This document shows, one piece after another, positions 16,476 to 25,751 of a stretch of DNA of 38,016 bases. The stretch's first letter is position 1; the number at the start of each line of letters is the position of its first letter. The stretch spans positions 1 through 38,016 of the IMG/VR virus record IMGVR_UViG_3300043432_000200. One strand, given 5' to 3'. This DNA is from a virus. Lineage: Duplodnaviria > Caudoviricetes. The notes under the pieces were generated by a model. That model was not told the DNA's origin and ran no database searches. It saw nothing but the letters and a program-made list of their open reading frames with translations. The translations under genes were made by a program, and so were the position numbers.

Positions 16476-16876
16476 CAGCGGGGCCCGATGTCTTCCACCC
16501 AGAATTGCCGGGGCGTCGCGCTGTCGGCGTAGAGGTTGAGGCCGGAGGTCCCCACGGCCTTCGTGGCGTGCACGCTCAGGTCGTACTCCCCATCGCTCGG
16601 AGTCCAGAGGGCCCGGCCGGTGATGCAATCCTCATTGATGCCGGTGCCGTTGCAGATAGCGGTCCCCAGTTTGGCGTAGCTGGTTCCGTCGATCCTCAGA
16701 TATATGTCCCACCGTCCAGCGGTGTCCATTGCCCAGTCAGCTACCAGGTTCACCGCGTAATAGCGGGAGCTGAGCGCCTGGAAGTTATTGATCTCGAAGT
16801 CCGTGTACGTGGTGTTGTAGTAAATCCCGGTTGCTTCGATCGAACCGAATTGCTCCTGAACTCCGAGATCCCACAT
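16475..16876 (-). CDS. tail-associated beta-sandwich protein (133 aa)
   Basis: Paralogous to the C-terminal domain of the upstream gene (PRQFWVEDIGPR); lower GC. Confidence 0.7.
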   Translation of the reverse strand: MWDLGVQEQFGSIEATGIYYNTTYTDFEINNFQALSSRYYAVNLVADWAMDTAGRWDIYLRIDGTSYAKLGTAICNGTGINEDCITGRALWTPSDGEYDLSVHATKAVGTSGLNLYADSATPRQFWVEDIGPR

Positions 16877-16878
16877 AG

Positions 16879-17712
16879 CTAGACGGTCCTCGGGCCAATG
16901 TCCTCAATCCAGAATTGCCGCGGCGTGGAGGCATCCCCGTAGAACGTGAGCGTGGAGCCGTTCACGATCTCGTACAGCTTGATGGTGACCGTGTACGTGC
17001 CGGTTGCCGGCTGCCAGAGCACGCCCCCGCTGACCACGCCCTCATTGATGTTGGTGCCGTCCGCCGAGGCGTCACCGATCATGGCGTAGTCGGCGCCCGC
17101 AACCTGGATGTAGAGATACCACTCGCCGGCGGCGACCGTCGCCACCCAATCGACATTGAGACAGATCTTGTAATTCCTGGAGCTGTCGGCGGCGAAGCTG
17201 GCCAGGCTGAAGTCGGTGGCGCCGGTGGCCGTGTAGCCCACCGAGGACGACGTGATGACCTGCGAGGCCTTGACGCCCGCGGCCCACGAGGTCGAGCTGG
17301 GGTCATCATCAAGCTGGAGCGTGGGCGTGACGTTGATGGCGTCGTTCAGCAGGCTGATGGAGATGGGCCCGCTGAACTGCTCGTAGTATTCAAGCTTGTT
17401 GTCGCTGGCCCTGATGACGTAATACCCGTAGATACTCTGGGCCGCCTGGTTGGCGCTACTGGTGAAGGTCTGCTGGGCGTAGGTGCCGATCGTGGGGTCG
17501 CCCTGCGTCGTCGTCCACGAGCCGCCCGTCAGGCTCTTGGACGTGTAGCCGGTGAAGGTGGCCTCGGTGAAGCTGCTCTCGGTGAGCGCCTTCTTCTGGG
17601 CCGCCGTGAGCCCTGACTCGACGTCGTTCTTGTAGAGCTTCAGGGTCTTGTTCGTCGAGAGGATGAGGTCCAGCCAGATCTCTTCGCCCTGCTTCACCAC
17701 AACGACGGTCAC
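16879..17712 (-). CDS. minor tail protein (277 aa)
   Basis: Immediately after the TMP; LKLYKND...FTEATFTGY...IYGYYV N-domain, PRQFWIEDIGPR C-terminus. Confidence 0.75.
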   Translation of the reverse strand: MTVVVVKQGEEIWLDLILSTNKTLKLYKNDVESGLTAAQKKALTESSFTEATFTGYTSKSLTGGSWTTTQGDPTIGTYAQQTFTSSANQAAQSIYGYYVIRASDNKLEYYEQFSGPISISLLNDAINVTPTLQLDDDPSSTSWAAGVKASQVITSSSVGYTATGATDFSLASFAADSSRNYKICLNVDWVATVAAGEWYLYIQVAGADYAMIGDASADGTNINEGVVSGGVLWQPATGTYTVTIKLYEIVNGSTLTFYGDASTPRQFWIEDIGPRTV

Positions 17713-20045
17713 AGTCGGCCCCCCGCCACTGCCATGCCGACCGACGAGCCGACGAATCCCAGGTTGGTCAGCTCGTCGCGCATGAGCCGGACCAGGTCAC
17801 GGTCGGAGCGGATCGAGCCGCCCACGTAGAGGTTGATCACGTTGCCCCCGATGGGTTGCGCTGCTGAGAGCATGGCCGCCGTTTGGCCCGCCGGCGTGAC
17901 CCGCGAGCCCTGGGGCAGATTGATCAGCTCCGGGCCGCGCTCGCCCACGAGGGCCAGGCCGCCGGTGATGCCGCCCTGTGCCAGGCGCCCGATGCGGGGC
18001 ACGCTGATCGTGTTGCCGCCCAGGGTCTTGCCCATGAAGTCCACCCGGGGGAGCGTGAAGGACAGGCCGTTCCACCGGTCGATCACCCAGTTGATGGCGT
18101 TGATGAATCCGTTCTTGATGCCCTCGAACATGCGCCCCGCGATGTTGCCGATGAAGGAGCCCAGTCCTTGCAGTAGCTCCCTGATGATGCCAACACCATT
18201 GGCCACTACGTTGCGAATGGTGTCCCACACGGCGCTGAAGATGTTCTTCACATTCTCCCAGGCGGCGCCCCAATTCCCGGTAATCAGGTTCAGCCCAAGC
18301 TGGATGATATTGGATATGATCTGCCAGACGTTGGAGATGATATTGCGAATCATGTCCCAGATGTTCTGGGCGATCTCGGCGATATGGCCGAAGTTCATGG
18401 CGATAACATCGACCAGGAACGAGATGATCGGCGTGATGAAATTGACCGCCGTCTCGACGGCCGAGTAGATGGCATTCCACACGGTCTGAACCGCTGGCAG
18501 CAGGGTCCCTTGCAGAAAGCCCATGAACGAGGCGAAGGCGTTCTGGATGAAGGGAACCGCCACGGTCACAATCCACGTGAAGGCCACCTCGACCGCGGCG
18601 CGGATGGCCTCCAGGATCGGGGGCACGTTGGCAATCAGCCACTCGACCACGGTCTGGACGCCCGTGCGGAACCACTCCCAGTTGTCGTAGGCGTACCGCA
18701 CGGCCGTGATCACGGCGAAGATGACGGCCACGATGGCCAGGAAGGGCCAGGTGGCAGCGATGACGGAGACGGCCAGGGAGGCCATGGACATGGTGAGGGC
18801 GACCACGGCGGCGACCACGAGCGTGCCCAGGATGTAGGCCACCGTGATGAGCAGGTTCTCGTTCCCCTTGATGTTCTCCCAGAACGGTGCGATGACATCC
18901 ATGGCCCGTTGGAAGGCCCCGCCGATGGCATCGAGGATCGGCGGGATGTTGGCCGCCATCCAGTCGAACACCAGGCGCGCGATGTACCCCACGCGCTCCA
19001 TGAATCCGGGGAAGCCCGAGGACGTGATGTCCCCGTCCCCCGCCTGGAAGGCCGCCACCACCGCCCGCATCCCGCCCACGAACTCATCCACGAAGTAGCG
19101 GACCTGAGCGGCCAGGTCGATGATGCGGTTCATCCACACGCCCGAGATGTTCGAGACCTCGGCGCCGTCGCCGGTGAAGGTCCCGATGAAGAGCCGGACC
19201 GCGTCCTTGGCCGTCTCGAAGGCCGGCGAGACCACCGAGGCGATGATCCGACCCACGTTCTCCATGGCCGGGAAGAACTGGCCGGTGATCACGCCCAGGA
19301 GCGCCGTGTAGGCGGGCAGGAGGGCGTTGCCGATCTTGGTCTTCATCTCGTCGAAGGAGGCCGCCGCGATGCGCGCCCGGTTGGCGGCGCTGTCGCTCGT
19401 GCGGGCGAAGTCGCCGGAGGCCGCGCCGGCGTTCTTGAGCATGATGGCGTCGACCGCAAGGGCCTTGTCCTTCTCGGTCAGCTCCTTGGCGCTCTTCTTG
19501 TGGGTCATGGCCAGGGCTTCTTCTTCGACCTTGGCGCCGTTCAGCACCGGCACGAACCGCTGAACCGCGTCGTACTCGCCCCGGTAGGCCGCCGTCATGG
19601 CGTCCAGGACCTCGGTGGGGTCCGCGTTGTGGAAGCTGGCGAAGTCGGTGGCCAGCTGGACGTTGGCCTGGCTCATCTTGCGGGCCTGGTCGGCCGTGAT
19701 GCCTAGCTGGGTGAAGAGGTTGCCCAGCGTGCCCGTGGCGTCGAGTGCCGCCTGCTTCGTCATGCCCAGGCTCTTGGGCGCCGTCTCCGCCCAGACCAGC
19801 AGCTCCTTCGAGGCCGCGCCGAAGATGGTCTGGTTCTTGCTGACGGTCTCGCCCAGGTCGCTGGCCTTGCTGATGGCGTCGCCGAAGAACTCGATGGCCT
19901 TGCCGGGAAGCTCGGCGATCATGCCGGCGGCCTTCTGGCCGATGCCCTGGAAGATGCCCTGGAGGACGTTGGCCTTCTGGGAAGCCGACGAGACGCCCGG
20001 CCCCGTCTCGTCGCGGGTGCGGACGATGATGTCAATGATGTTCAT
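17709..20045 (-). CDS. tape measure protein (778 aa)
   Basis: Ala/Gly/Ile-rich helices, LATDFASFHN, GDFARTSDSAAN, Trp-spaced repeats, LAQGG...VGERGPEL. Confidence 0.92.
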   Translation of the reverse strand: MNIIDIIVRTRDETGPGVSSASQKANVLQGIFQGIGQKAAGMIAELPGKAIEFFGDAISKASDLGETVSKNQTIFGAASKELLVWAETAPKSLGMTKQAALDATGTLGNLFTQLGITADQARKMSQANVQLATDFASFHNADPTEVLDAMTAAYRGEYDAVQRFVPVLNGAKVEEEALAMTHKKSAKELTEKDKALAVDAIMLKNAGAASGDFARTSDSAANRARIAAASFDEMKTKIGNALLPAYTALLGVITGQFFPAMENVGRIIASVVSPAFETAKDAVRLFIGTFTGDGAEVSNISGVWMNRIIDLAAQVRYFVDEFVGGMRAVVAAFQAGDGDITSSGFPGFMERVGYIARLVFDWMAANIPPILDAIGGAFQRAMDVIAPFWENIKGNENLLITVAYILGTLVVAAVVALTMSMASLAVSVIAATWPFLAIVAVIFAVITAVRYAYDNWEWFRTGVQTVVEWLIANVPPILEAIRAAVEVAFTWIVTVAVPFIQNAFASFMGFLQGTLLPAVQTVWNAIYSAVETAVNFITPIISFLVDVIAMNFGHIAEIAQNIWDMIRNIISNVWQIISNIIQLGLNLITGNWGAAWENVKNIFSAVWDTIRNVVANGVGIIRELLQGLGSFIGNIAGRMFEGIKNGFINAINWVIDRWNGLSFTLPRVDFMGKTLGGNTISVPRIGRLAQGGITGGLALVGERGPELINLPQGSRVTPAGQTAAMLSAAQPIGGNVINLYVGGSIRSDRDLVRLMRDELTNLGFVGSSVGMAVAGGRL

Positions 20046-20259
20046 CGCGCTCCCTGCTTCCCATCTCTTCTATCTGTATGAGCTTCAGCAGCTCGGCGTC
20101 CTCTTCCAGCAATGTGGTGAGCGTGTAGCCGCTGAACCGCTCCAGGATTCCGAGGATCAGCTCCGCTCTGGCTAGCTCGCCTGGCTTTGTGACGGGGGTT
20201 CCATCGGCAGTGACGCCACCGCCGATTGCTTTCCAGCGGGCGAGCTTTGACCCAAAGGG
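20032..20259 (-). CDS. tail assembly chaperone, frameshifted C-terminal part (gpGT-like)
   Basis: -1 frame of the chaperone opens at C CCT TTG and reads PFGSKLARW...EEMGSRERDEHH, overlapping the TMP start. Confidence 0.7.
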   Translation of the reverse strand, partial: PFGSKLARWKAIGGGVTADGTPVTKPGELARAELILGILERFSGYTLTTLLEEDAELLKLIQIEEMGSRERDEHH

Positions 20260-20696
20260 CCGGCGACCCCAGCGGCCGCCTGAGTCCAATACTGGACAAG
20301 CAGGAGGGCCTCATCGAGGTCCAGGGTCTTGATGCCCTCCAGCGACGCGGGCACGGGCACCGTGGTGGTCGGGGCGCCCTCGGGGCACTCCTCGCAGTCG
20401 GGCGCCGCGTGGGCGTCGCACAGCTCGTCTTCCAGGTTCCACGAGACGAGGGCCTGGGCGACCAGCTCGAAGACCTCGCCCAGCTTCTTGACGCCCTCGG
20501 GCGTGAATTCGGTGGCCAGCTCCGAGAGCGCGGCCAGATCGAGGATGGTCCCCACGGGAACCGACCGCATGAGCACTTCGAGCCCATCGAGCTGGGTCCC
20601 CTCGAAGTGGATGCGGAGCATCTTCGTCTTGCGCTTGTAGCCCGCGCGGCGCTGTTCCCTGTTGGGCTTCGCCGGCGGAGTTGTGGCCTCTTCCAT
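20172..20696 (-). CDS. tail assembly chaperone (gpG-like)
   Basis: Between the tail tube and the TMP; LVSWNLED...PVPASLEGI motif. Confidence 0.8.
   Translation of the reverse strand: MEEATTPPAKPNREQRRAGYKRKTKMLRIHFEGTQLDGLEVLMRSVPVGTILDLAALSELATEFTPEGVKKLGEVFELVAQALVSWNLEDELCDAHAAPDCEECPEGAPTTTVPVPASLEGIKTLDLDEALLLVQYWTQAAAGVAGPLGQSSPAGKQSAVASLPMEPPSQSQAS
20253..20259 (-). other. -1 programmed frameshift slippery heptamer C CCT TTG
   Basis: X XXY YYZ pattern in the correct phase within the chaperone gene. Confidence 0.65.
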
Positions 20697-20706
20697 GTTG
20701 TTGCTC

Positions 20707-21114
20707 CTAGGACCAGGTGGGGACGGTGCCGTTCGAGAGCACGCCCGGGGCCTGCCACGTGAGAGAACCGTCGTCGCCCCGGCTCAGCTTGTAATCGGTG
20801 TAGAGGACCTCGTTCGCCAACGTGTCGCCCGAGACGGTCAGCGTGGTGGTGCGTGCCACCGAGGTGCTGGGCACGGTCTTGAAGACCGCGTGGGCCTGGC
20901 CGGCGGCGTCGTTGAACACGCCGTTCAGGGTGATGGAGAAGTCCGCCAGGAGGAGGAGCCGCTCCATCGCGCTCTTGTCGATGCCCGTCGTGTTCTGGAC
21001 CTCGCGCGGGGTCGAGAACTCCAGCGACGTCACGTCGTTGATGATCGTGCAGACGGAGCCGCCCGAGTCGTCCACCGAGCACGTGGTCCAGCCGAGGCCG
21101 GTTTCCTTGGCCAT
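20707..21114 (-). CDS. major tail (tube) protein
   Basis: NDVTSLEFSTPREVQNTTGIDKSAMERLLLLADFSITLNGVF; position before the chaperone. Confidence 0.75.
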   Translation of the reverse strand: MAKETGLGWTTCSVDDSGGSVCTIINDVTSLEFSTPREVQNTTGIDKSAMERLLLLADFSITLNGVFNDAAGQAHAVFKTVPSTSVARTTTLTVSGDTLANEVLYTDYKLSRGDDGSLTWQAPGVLSNGTVPTWS

Positions 21115-21117
21115 GGG

Positions 21118-21582
21118 TTACCCTCCTTCTAGTGTCCGGCGCAGCCGGTCCTGGTGTTCGCCGAAGTCGTTCACCCACGCGTCCGGGCCGGAGTGCACGT
21201 GGGTACGGATGCCGTTGGGGTTGCCCCGCCAGTCGCCCCCGCGCACGAGGTACAGCTCAGGGCGCTCCAGGGGGACCGTGTGCTGCGAGGCCCGGAAGCA
21301 GGTCTGCCCCGGCTCGAAGATGAAGAGCAGGCGCCCGGTCGTCTCCTCGCGCTGCTCGATGAAGTGCCGGCGGATGCCGTCCACGTGGCCCCCGCAGACC
21401 TGACGCAGGAAGGCCTCGGTCTCGGGGTCCTCCACGGGCGTGGTCCAGCCGTGGAGGTGCTGCTCGCACTCCGCTTCCGCACAGGAAGCCGGGCGCCGGT
21501 GCGTCGAGACGGGCGCGCTGATGGCGTAGGTCTTGTAGGCGCCGGGGCCGAGTGCTGGGTTGACGCGGAAGGGGGCGGGCAT
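21118..21582 (-). CDS. tail-region hypothetical protein with Cys/His clusters
   Basis: SCAEAECE..LHGW, FEPGQTCF...H, GGDWRGNP. Confidence 0.75.
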   Translation of the reverse strand: MPAPFRVNPALGPGAYKTYAISAPVSTHRRPASCAEAECEQHLHGWTTPVEDPETEAFLRQVCGGHVDGIRRHFIEQREETTGRLLFIFEPGQTCFRASQHTVPLERPELYLVRGGDWRGNPNGIRTHVHSGPDAWVNDFGEHQDRLRRTLEGG

Positions 21583-21589
21583 GGTGGTC

Positions 21590-22345
21590 CTAGAAGGTCG
21601 GCGTGGCCCCGTTGCGGGTCACCTGGACGGCGAAGGTCAGAGCGGAGAACGTGCCGGTCACGTTCACGCGCAGGTACCGCTCGACGCTGGCGTTGGTGGC
21701 CGTGGCGATGCGCTCGGACGTGCGGCCCGTGGCCGCGGTGAAGACGGCGCCGGTGATGTCGGCGAACGCGTCGCCGGCGCCGTTGTCGGTGCTGCTCTGG
21801 ATGGCAACCGTGGCGCTCGTGCCCGTGAAGGCGAACACGTGGAGGTACGCCTGGAGGCCGAAGGCCGTGGTGCCCACCGCTGCGCCGTAGTCGTACGAGG
21901 TGAGGGCGCCGGCGGCCGTCAGCGTGGCGTCTGCGCCGGCGGTCAGCTGCTCGCCCCACTCCAGGCCGTAGGCGTTGCTCTGGGCCTCCACCTTGAACGT
22001 GAAGGCGCCGTCGTCGCCGCGGCTCCCGTCGTAGTTGATCTGCTTCGCCACGAGCGAGGCCGCGGCGTTGCCGATCGTGGTCCCCCGGAAGTAGCTGACG
22101 ATGACGTCGGCCGTCGGCAGGGGGGAGAAGACGGGATGCTCCTGGGCAACCGCATCGTTGAACCAGGAGGCCATGTTGATGCGGCCCGAGCGGGGCCCGC
22201 CCAGGCGCTCCATGCCGCTCTTGTCGATTCCCGTCACGCCGAGAGGCTCGTTCCCTCCGCCGATGTCGTCGATGGAACCGATGTCACCGCTCAGGTTGTA
22301 GCCGGCGACGTAGAGGTTGTCGCCCAGGCCGGTCTGCTTGGCCAT
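21590..22345 (-). CDS. second tail-tube-like protein with an extra C-terminal domain
   Basis: Shares MAKxTGLG, TGIDKSxMERL and SRGDDG with 20707-21114. Confidence 0.7.
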   Translation of the reverse strand: MAKQTGLGDNLYVAGYNLSGDIGSIDDIGGGNEPLGVTGIDKSGMERLGGPRSGRINMASWFNDAVAQEHPVFSPLPTADVIVSYFRGTTIGNAAASLVAKQINYDGSRGDDGAFTFKVEAQSNAYGLEWGEQLTAGADATLTAAGALTSYDYGAAVGTTAFGLQAYLHVFAFTGTSATVAIQSSTDNGAGDAFADITGAVFTAATGRTSERIATATNASVERYLRVNVTGTFSALTFAVQVTRNGATPTF

Positions 22346-22364
22346 TAGGCCGCTACCTCCTCGA

Positions 22365-22835
22365 TCATGGGGCTTGCGTCCAGAGGTCGGCCAGGATGAT
22401 CGGCACGTTCATCGTGAGCACCCGGAGCGTGCTGTTGTCCTGGTTGATGTATCCCGCTTCCGTGCGCATCGTGCGGCCCGCCTGCCCGAGCAGGTCGACC
22501 GCCATGGCGTTGCCGCCCAGCTGGAAGTCGCCGGAGTACGCGGCGTAGAGCAGGCCCATGGCCGCGGTCAGGTTGGGGTCGATGGCGTCGAGCGGCTCCA
22601 TGACCATGCGCGAGTACCCGCGGACGTTGTACGTGAACACGCCCGAGGTGATGGACAGGCCCGAGCCGCGGGGCGCCGGCTCGATGCTCTGGAGCCAGAT
22701 GGCCGCGGTCAGGCCCGTGACCGTCGGGGCGCCCACGGGCTCGTGCCCGTTGACGGCCTCGAACACGCCCAGGGTGAGGGCGTGCGATCGGAGGGCCTCG
22801 GTCAGCGTGTTGGGCAGGGAGGGGGAGAAGGTCAA
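22365..22835 (-). CDS. tail terminator/completion protein
   Basis: Synteny; FEAVNGHEP...IDPNL...YSGDFQLGG. Confidence 0.6.
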   Translation of the reverse strand: MTFSPSLPNTLTEALRSHALTLGVFEAVNGHEPVGAPTVTGLTAAIWLQSIEPAPRGSGLSITSGVFTYNVRGYSRMVMEPLDAIDPNLTAAMGLLYAAYSGDFQLGGNAMAVDLLGQAGRTMRTEAGYINQDNSTLRVLTMNVPIILADLWTQAP

Positions 22836-23227
22836 ATCAGGTACCTCTCCAGCATCCGGTCAACGACATCCGGCACCTTGCCGTCGACCTCCTTCGAGGC
22901 CCGCTCGAAGGAGTGGTAGCCCTTGAAGTTGGTGGTCTGGTTGCGACTCCCCACGCCCTCCAGCCACGGCCCGTAGACGACCTTGCCGTCGGTGATGGTC
23001 ATCTCGTCGCCCTGGCGTTCCTTCGTCACCCGGCTCCGGTAGTAGCCCGTGGGGTTGCGCAGAGAGCCGTCGAGCTTGTCGCGCACCACCTCCACCGCCA
23101 TGTCGCCGATCTCCTCCTCGATGGCGCGGATGGCCTTGCGCATCTGGGCGTGAATCGAGCCGTCGAAGAGCGGGCCCGAGACGTGGATCGTGTAGTCCCC
23201 GGAGACGTTCGGGCCGTAGCTGGGCAC
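22832..23227 (-). CDS. HK97 gp10-like neck protein
   Basis: PTGYYRSRV...VVYGPWLEG...FKGYHSF. Confidence 0.7.
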   Translation of the reverse strand: MPSYGPNVSGDYTIHVSGPLFDGSIHAQMRKAIRAIEEEIGDMAVEVVRDKLDGSLRNPTGYYRSRVTKERQGDEMTITDGKVVYGPWLEGVGSRNQTTNFKGYHSFERASKEVDGKVPDVVDRMLERYLI

Positions 23228-23228
23228 G

Positions 23229-24293
23229 TCACACGCTCCGCGTCAGGATCTGGCGCCCGTGCCGCTCCAGGACCTCGGCCTCGATGGTCGAGATGCCCCG
23301 GCCCGATAGCTCGCGCTGGTGGTCGCCCGAGCCAGCCACTCGGGCGTAGCCGGCGGACTCCTGGAGAAGCTCGTTGATGGAGTAGGCCAGGGAGAGGTCG
23401 CGCACGAGCGCCGGGGGCACGTGGCGGGTCACGGTGGCCGCGGAGTTGTGAGCGGCCAGGGTCGAGCCCTGGGCGGCGCGCGTGACGGTGACGCCCGTCA
23501 GGGCGTAGACGTCCACGCCCGCGGCGTGCGTGGCCAGCACGCTCCCGTCCTGGGCCCGCTTGACGGTCAGGACGTTGCCGGCGATGTCCACTACGCGCAT
23601 CCGCTCGGACTCGATGAGGAGGGGCTCGTCGATGCTAAAGGCGGTGCCGTCGGAGACGGTGAGGGCGACGTCGGCGTTGCTGGCCGTGAGGCCCGCGCCG
23701 CCCACGTTCTGGGTGGTGTCGACCATCGAGCGGCCGGTCACGATCATGCGCTCGTCGTCCACCCGGAGGAGGGAGCCGATGCCCACATCGGCCAGGGCGG
23801 TCCAGGTGATCGAGGGCGAGGTCGAGGTGCTGGCGGTCAGGGAGCCCGAGAGCGTGCCGACCGTCTGGGCATCGTCGCGGTAGCCGAAGAGGCCCAGCAC
23901 GGAGATGGCCCGCTGGTGCGAGCCGGAGGAGCCGAACGAGGACGAGCTGTCCAGGTCGGTCTCAATCGAGGTGTACGGGGGCCCGTAGTTGGCTGGCTCC
24001 AGAAAGTAGTCAGCGGACGAGATCGTGAGGCCGCCGGCGATGAGCGTGGTCACGCTGATCAGCTCGGCGCCGTCGAGCCAGATGCGCCAGGGCGTCGGGA
24101 ATGCCTCAGAGGGCCACGAGAAGTAGCGGGTGGCTATCTGGGGGCTGAAGCGCCGGCGGGTCAGGCCGTCCACCGCGTCACGGGCGGACTCGATCGCCCG
24201 ATCCACCCGGGCGTTGGCTCGGGCAGATTCGAGCACGTCGAGGGCCGCCTTCACCTCTTCCCTGGTGCAGTAGGTGGGGCCCGTGATACTCAC
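23229..24293 (-). CDS. head-tail adaptor with inserted beta-repeat domains
   Basis: YCTREEVKAAL...AIESARDAVDGLTRRRF...GLFGY; C-terminal VPPALVRDL. Confidence 0.75.
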   Translation of the reverse strand: MSITGPTYCTREEVKAALDVLESARANARVDRAIESARDAVDGLTRRRFSPQIATRYFSWPSEAFPTPWRIWLDGAELISVTTLIAGGLTISSADYFLEPANYGPPYTSIETDLDSSSSFGSSGSHQRAISVLGLFGYRDDAQTVGTLSGSLTASTSTSPSITWTALADVGIGSLLRVDDERMIVTGRSMVDTTQNVGGAGLTASNADVALTVSDGTAFSIDEPLLIESERMRVVDIAGNVLTVKRAQDGSVLATHAAGVDVYALTGVTVTRAAQGSTLAAHNSAATVTRHVPPALVRDLSLAYSINELLQESAGYARVAGSGDHQRELSGRGISTIEAEVLERHGRQILTRSV

Positions 24294-24320
24294 GGAAGCG
24301 ATTCTCTCACGGAGTGGCCA

Positions 24321-24653
24321 CTACTTGTGGACTGGGACGTCGGGGTTGCGCACGATCGGCGCCGGCGTCGGCTTGGGGGGCTTCCCCTTCCACACGGGCT
24401 CCATGCCCAACGCCAGCTGGGTGGGCGTCACCCCTGCGTGGTAGGCGTCAGCCATGAGCCGGTCGGCATCGGCCACCTTGGCGGGGTCGCGCATCCAGAC
24501 GTCAACGATCTGGCAGATGGGCGTCGCCACCTCCTCGATGACGTCGGCCGCCCGGCCCTCTCGTCGGGCGTTGGTCACTCGGCCGCGGACCGTGGCCTCC
24601 AGGGCGCCCTGACCGACCAGGGCCTCCACGTCGATGGGGGGCATCTTCGGCAT
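24321..24653 (-). CDS. hypothetical protein (110 aa)
   Basis: GC3-rich ORF in the operon. Confidence 0.65.
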   Translation of the reverse strand: MPKMPPIDVEALVGQGALEATVRGRVTNARREGRAADVIEEVATPICQIVDVWMRDPAKVADADRLMADAYHAGVTPTQLALGMEPVWKGKPPKPTPAPIVRNPDVPVHK

Positions 24654-24656
24654 CGG

Positions 24657-24821
24657 TCAGCCCTCGTCGCGCCAGCCGTCGAAGCGGCAGAACAGGACCC
24701 CATCGGGGCCCAGTTCCAGCGGCTCCCCGTCGTTCGGGCAGGCCTGGTGGCCGAGGCGCCGCTCGAACTCCTTCTCGGCGGCCGCCTCCTGGGCGATGTC
24801 GATCAGCTGCTGCCAGGCCAT
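24657..24821 (-). CDS. small zinc-ribbon protein (54 aa)
   Basis: MAWQQL...ACPNDGEPL...CRFDGW; TGATG coupling. Confidence 0.7.
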   Translation of the reverse strand: MAWQQLIDIAQEAAAEKEFERRLGHQACPNDGEPLELGPDGVLFCRFDGWRDEG

Positions 24822-24973
24822 CAGTCGGCCGCCTTGCGCGCCGCGGCCTTCTTGGCCGGGGCCGGCTCCTGCTCGGCGCCCTCCTCGTGGGCATCGGTGG
24901 CGCCGCACTGCGGACAGGCGGGCGCCCCCACGGAGTACCGCGTCGTGCACTTCTCGCAGACCATGAGGGCCAT
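24821..24973 (-). CDS. small zinc-ribbon protein (50 aa; below the ORF track cutoff)
   Basis: MALMVCEKCTTRYSVGAPACPQCG...; AAAGGGG RBS. Confidence 0.7.
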   Translation of the reverse strand: MALMVCEKCTTRYSVGAPACPQCGATDAHEEGAEQEPAPAKKAAARKAAD

Positions 24974-24986
24974 GGGTGTTCCCCTT

Positions 24987-25751
24987 TCAGGACGGGACGA
25001 GTATCAATTGGAAGGTGCATGTCACGGCGAGGTTGTCGGCCGTGGCTGCGATGACCTGGACGGCGATGTCCGTCCGGGCGGGCACCGGCGTACCGGCCGT
25101 GCTGATCACGGTGACGGGGTTGCCAGTGGCCACCGTGGTGGCGAAGGAGCGGAGCCAGATGCCCGAGCCGTAGAGGCGCGAGCGGAGAACCACCGTCATC
25201 TCCGCGGCGGCGACGGCGTTGTTGGAGGCCCCCACCTGAGCGCCGAGCAGCAAGCCCGTGGCGTTGGCGGGCACGGTGTAGATGGCCGCCGTAGAGCGGC
25301 TCCACCCAGCGATGAGCGAGGCGAAGACATTGGCCGTGGTCGTCGTGTGCTTGATGGTGATGGTGCCGGCGTTGGTGCCGCCCGAGCCGGCCGTCAGCCC
25401 GATGGCCTGGTTCACCCGCGTCCAGGTGGTCGACGTCACCACTTCGGTGAGCCCGTTCATGGTCACCGTCTCTGTCTGGGCGGCGCCGTTGGCGTCCAGG
25501 CCGTCCAGGTAGAGCGTGCGTAGGCCGGTGCCGGCGGCGGCGTCGTTGGCGCTCGACGAGACGATGGTCAGGGTCTCGGCCGCTCCTGTCGGGAAGCCCG
25601 TGTAGGAGCCGCCCCCCGCCCAGATGTCCTCCACCGCGGCCGTGGCGTCCACGTCCGGGTTACGGCCGTGCTTCTGGATGGTCGAGTACCCCGAGTGCCA
25701 CCCCAGGGAGATGCCGTAGAGGGCGTCGAAGCCGGGCCGGAGCGCCGCCAT
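24987..25751 (-). CDS. putative virion-associated beta-rich protein (254 aa)
   Basis: KHGRNPDVD...EDIWAGGG...SSSANDAAAGTG...GLDAN...ETVTMNG...RVN motif series typical of a widespread phage family. Confidence 0.7.
   Translation of the reverse strand: MAALRPGFDALYGISLGWHSGYSTIQKHGRNPDVDATAAVEDIWAGGGSYTGFPTGAAETLTIVSSSANDAAAGTGLRTLYLDGLDANGAAQTETVTMNGLTEVVTSTTWTRVNQAIGLTAGSGGTNAGTITIKHTTTTANVFASLIAGWSRSTAAIYTVPANATGLLLGAQVGASNNAVAAAEMTVVLRSRLYGSGIWLRSFATTVATGNPVTVISTAGTPVPARTDIAVQVIAATADNLAVTCTFQLILVPS

Noticed and set aside
16475-16960. Similar 3' ends of two tail genes as a DGR template/variable repeat pair
   Set aside because: Differences are mostly synonymous and not adenine-specific, both copies are coding, and there is no reverse transcriptase in the window
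18150-18560. Lower-GC stretch in the tape measure gene as foreign DNA
   Set aside because: Largely explained by the Ile/Asn/Trp-rich amphipathic repeats typical of TMPs
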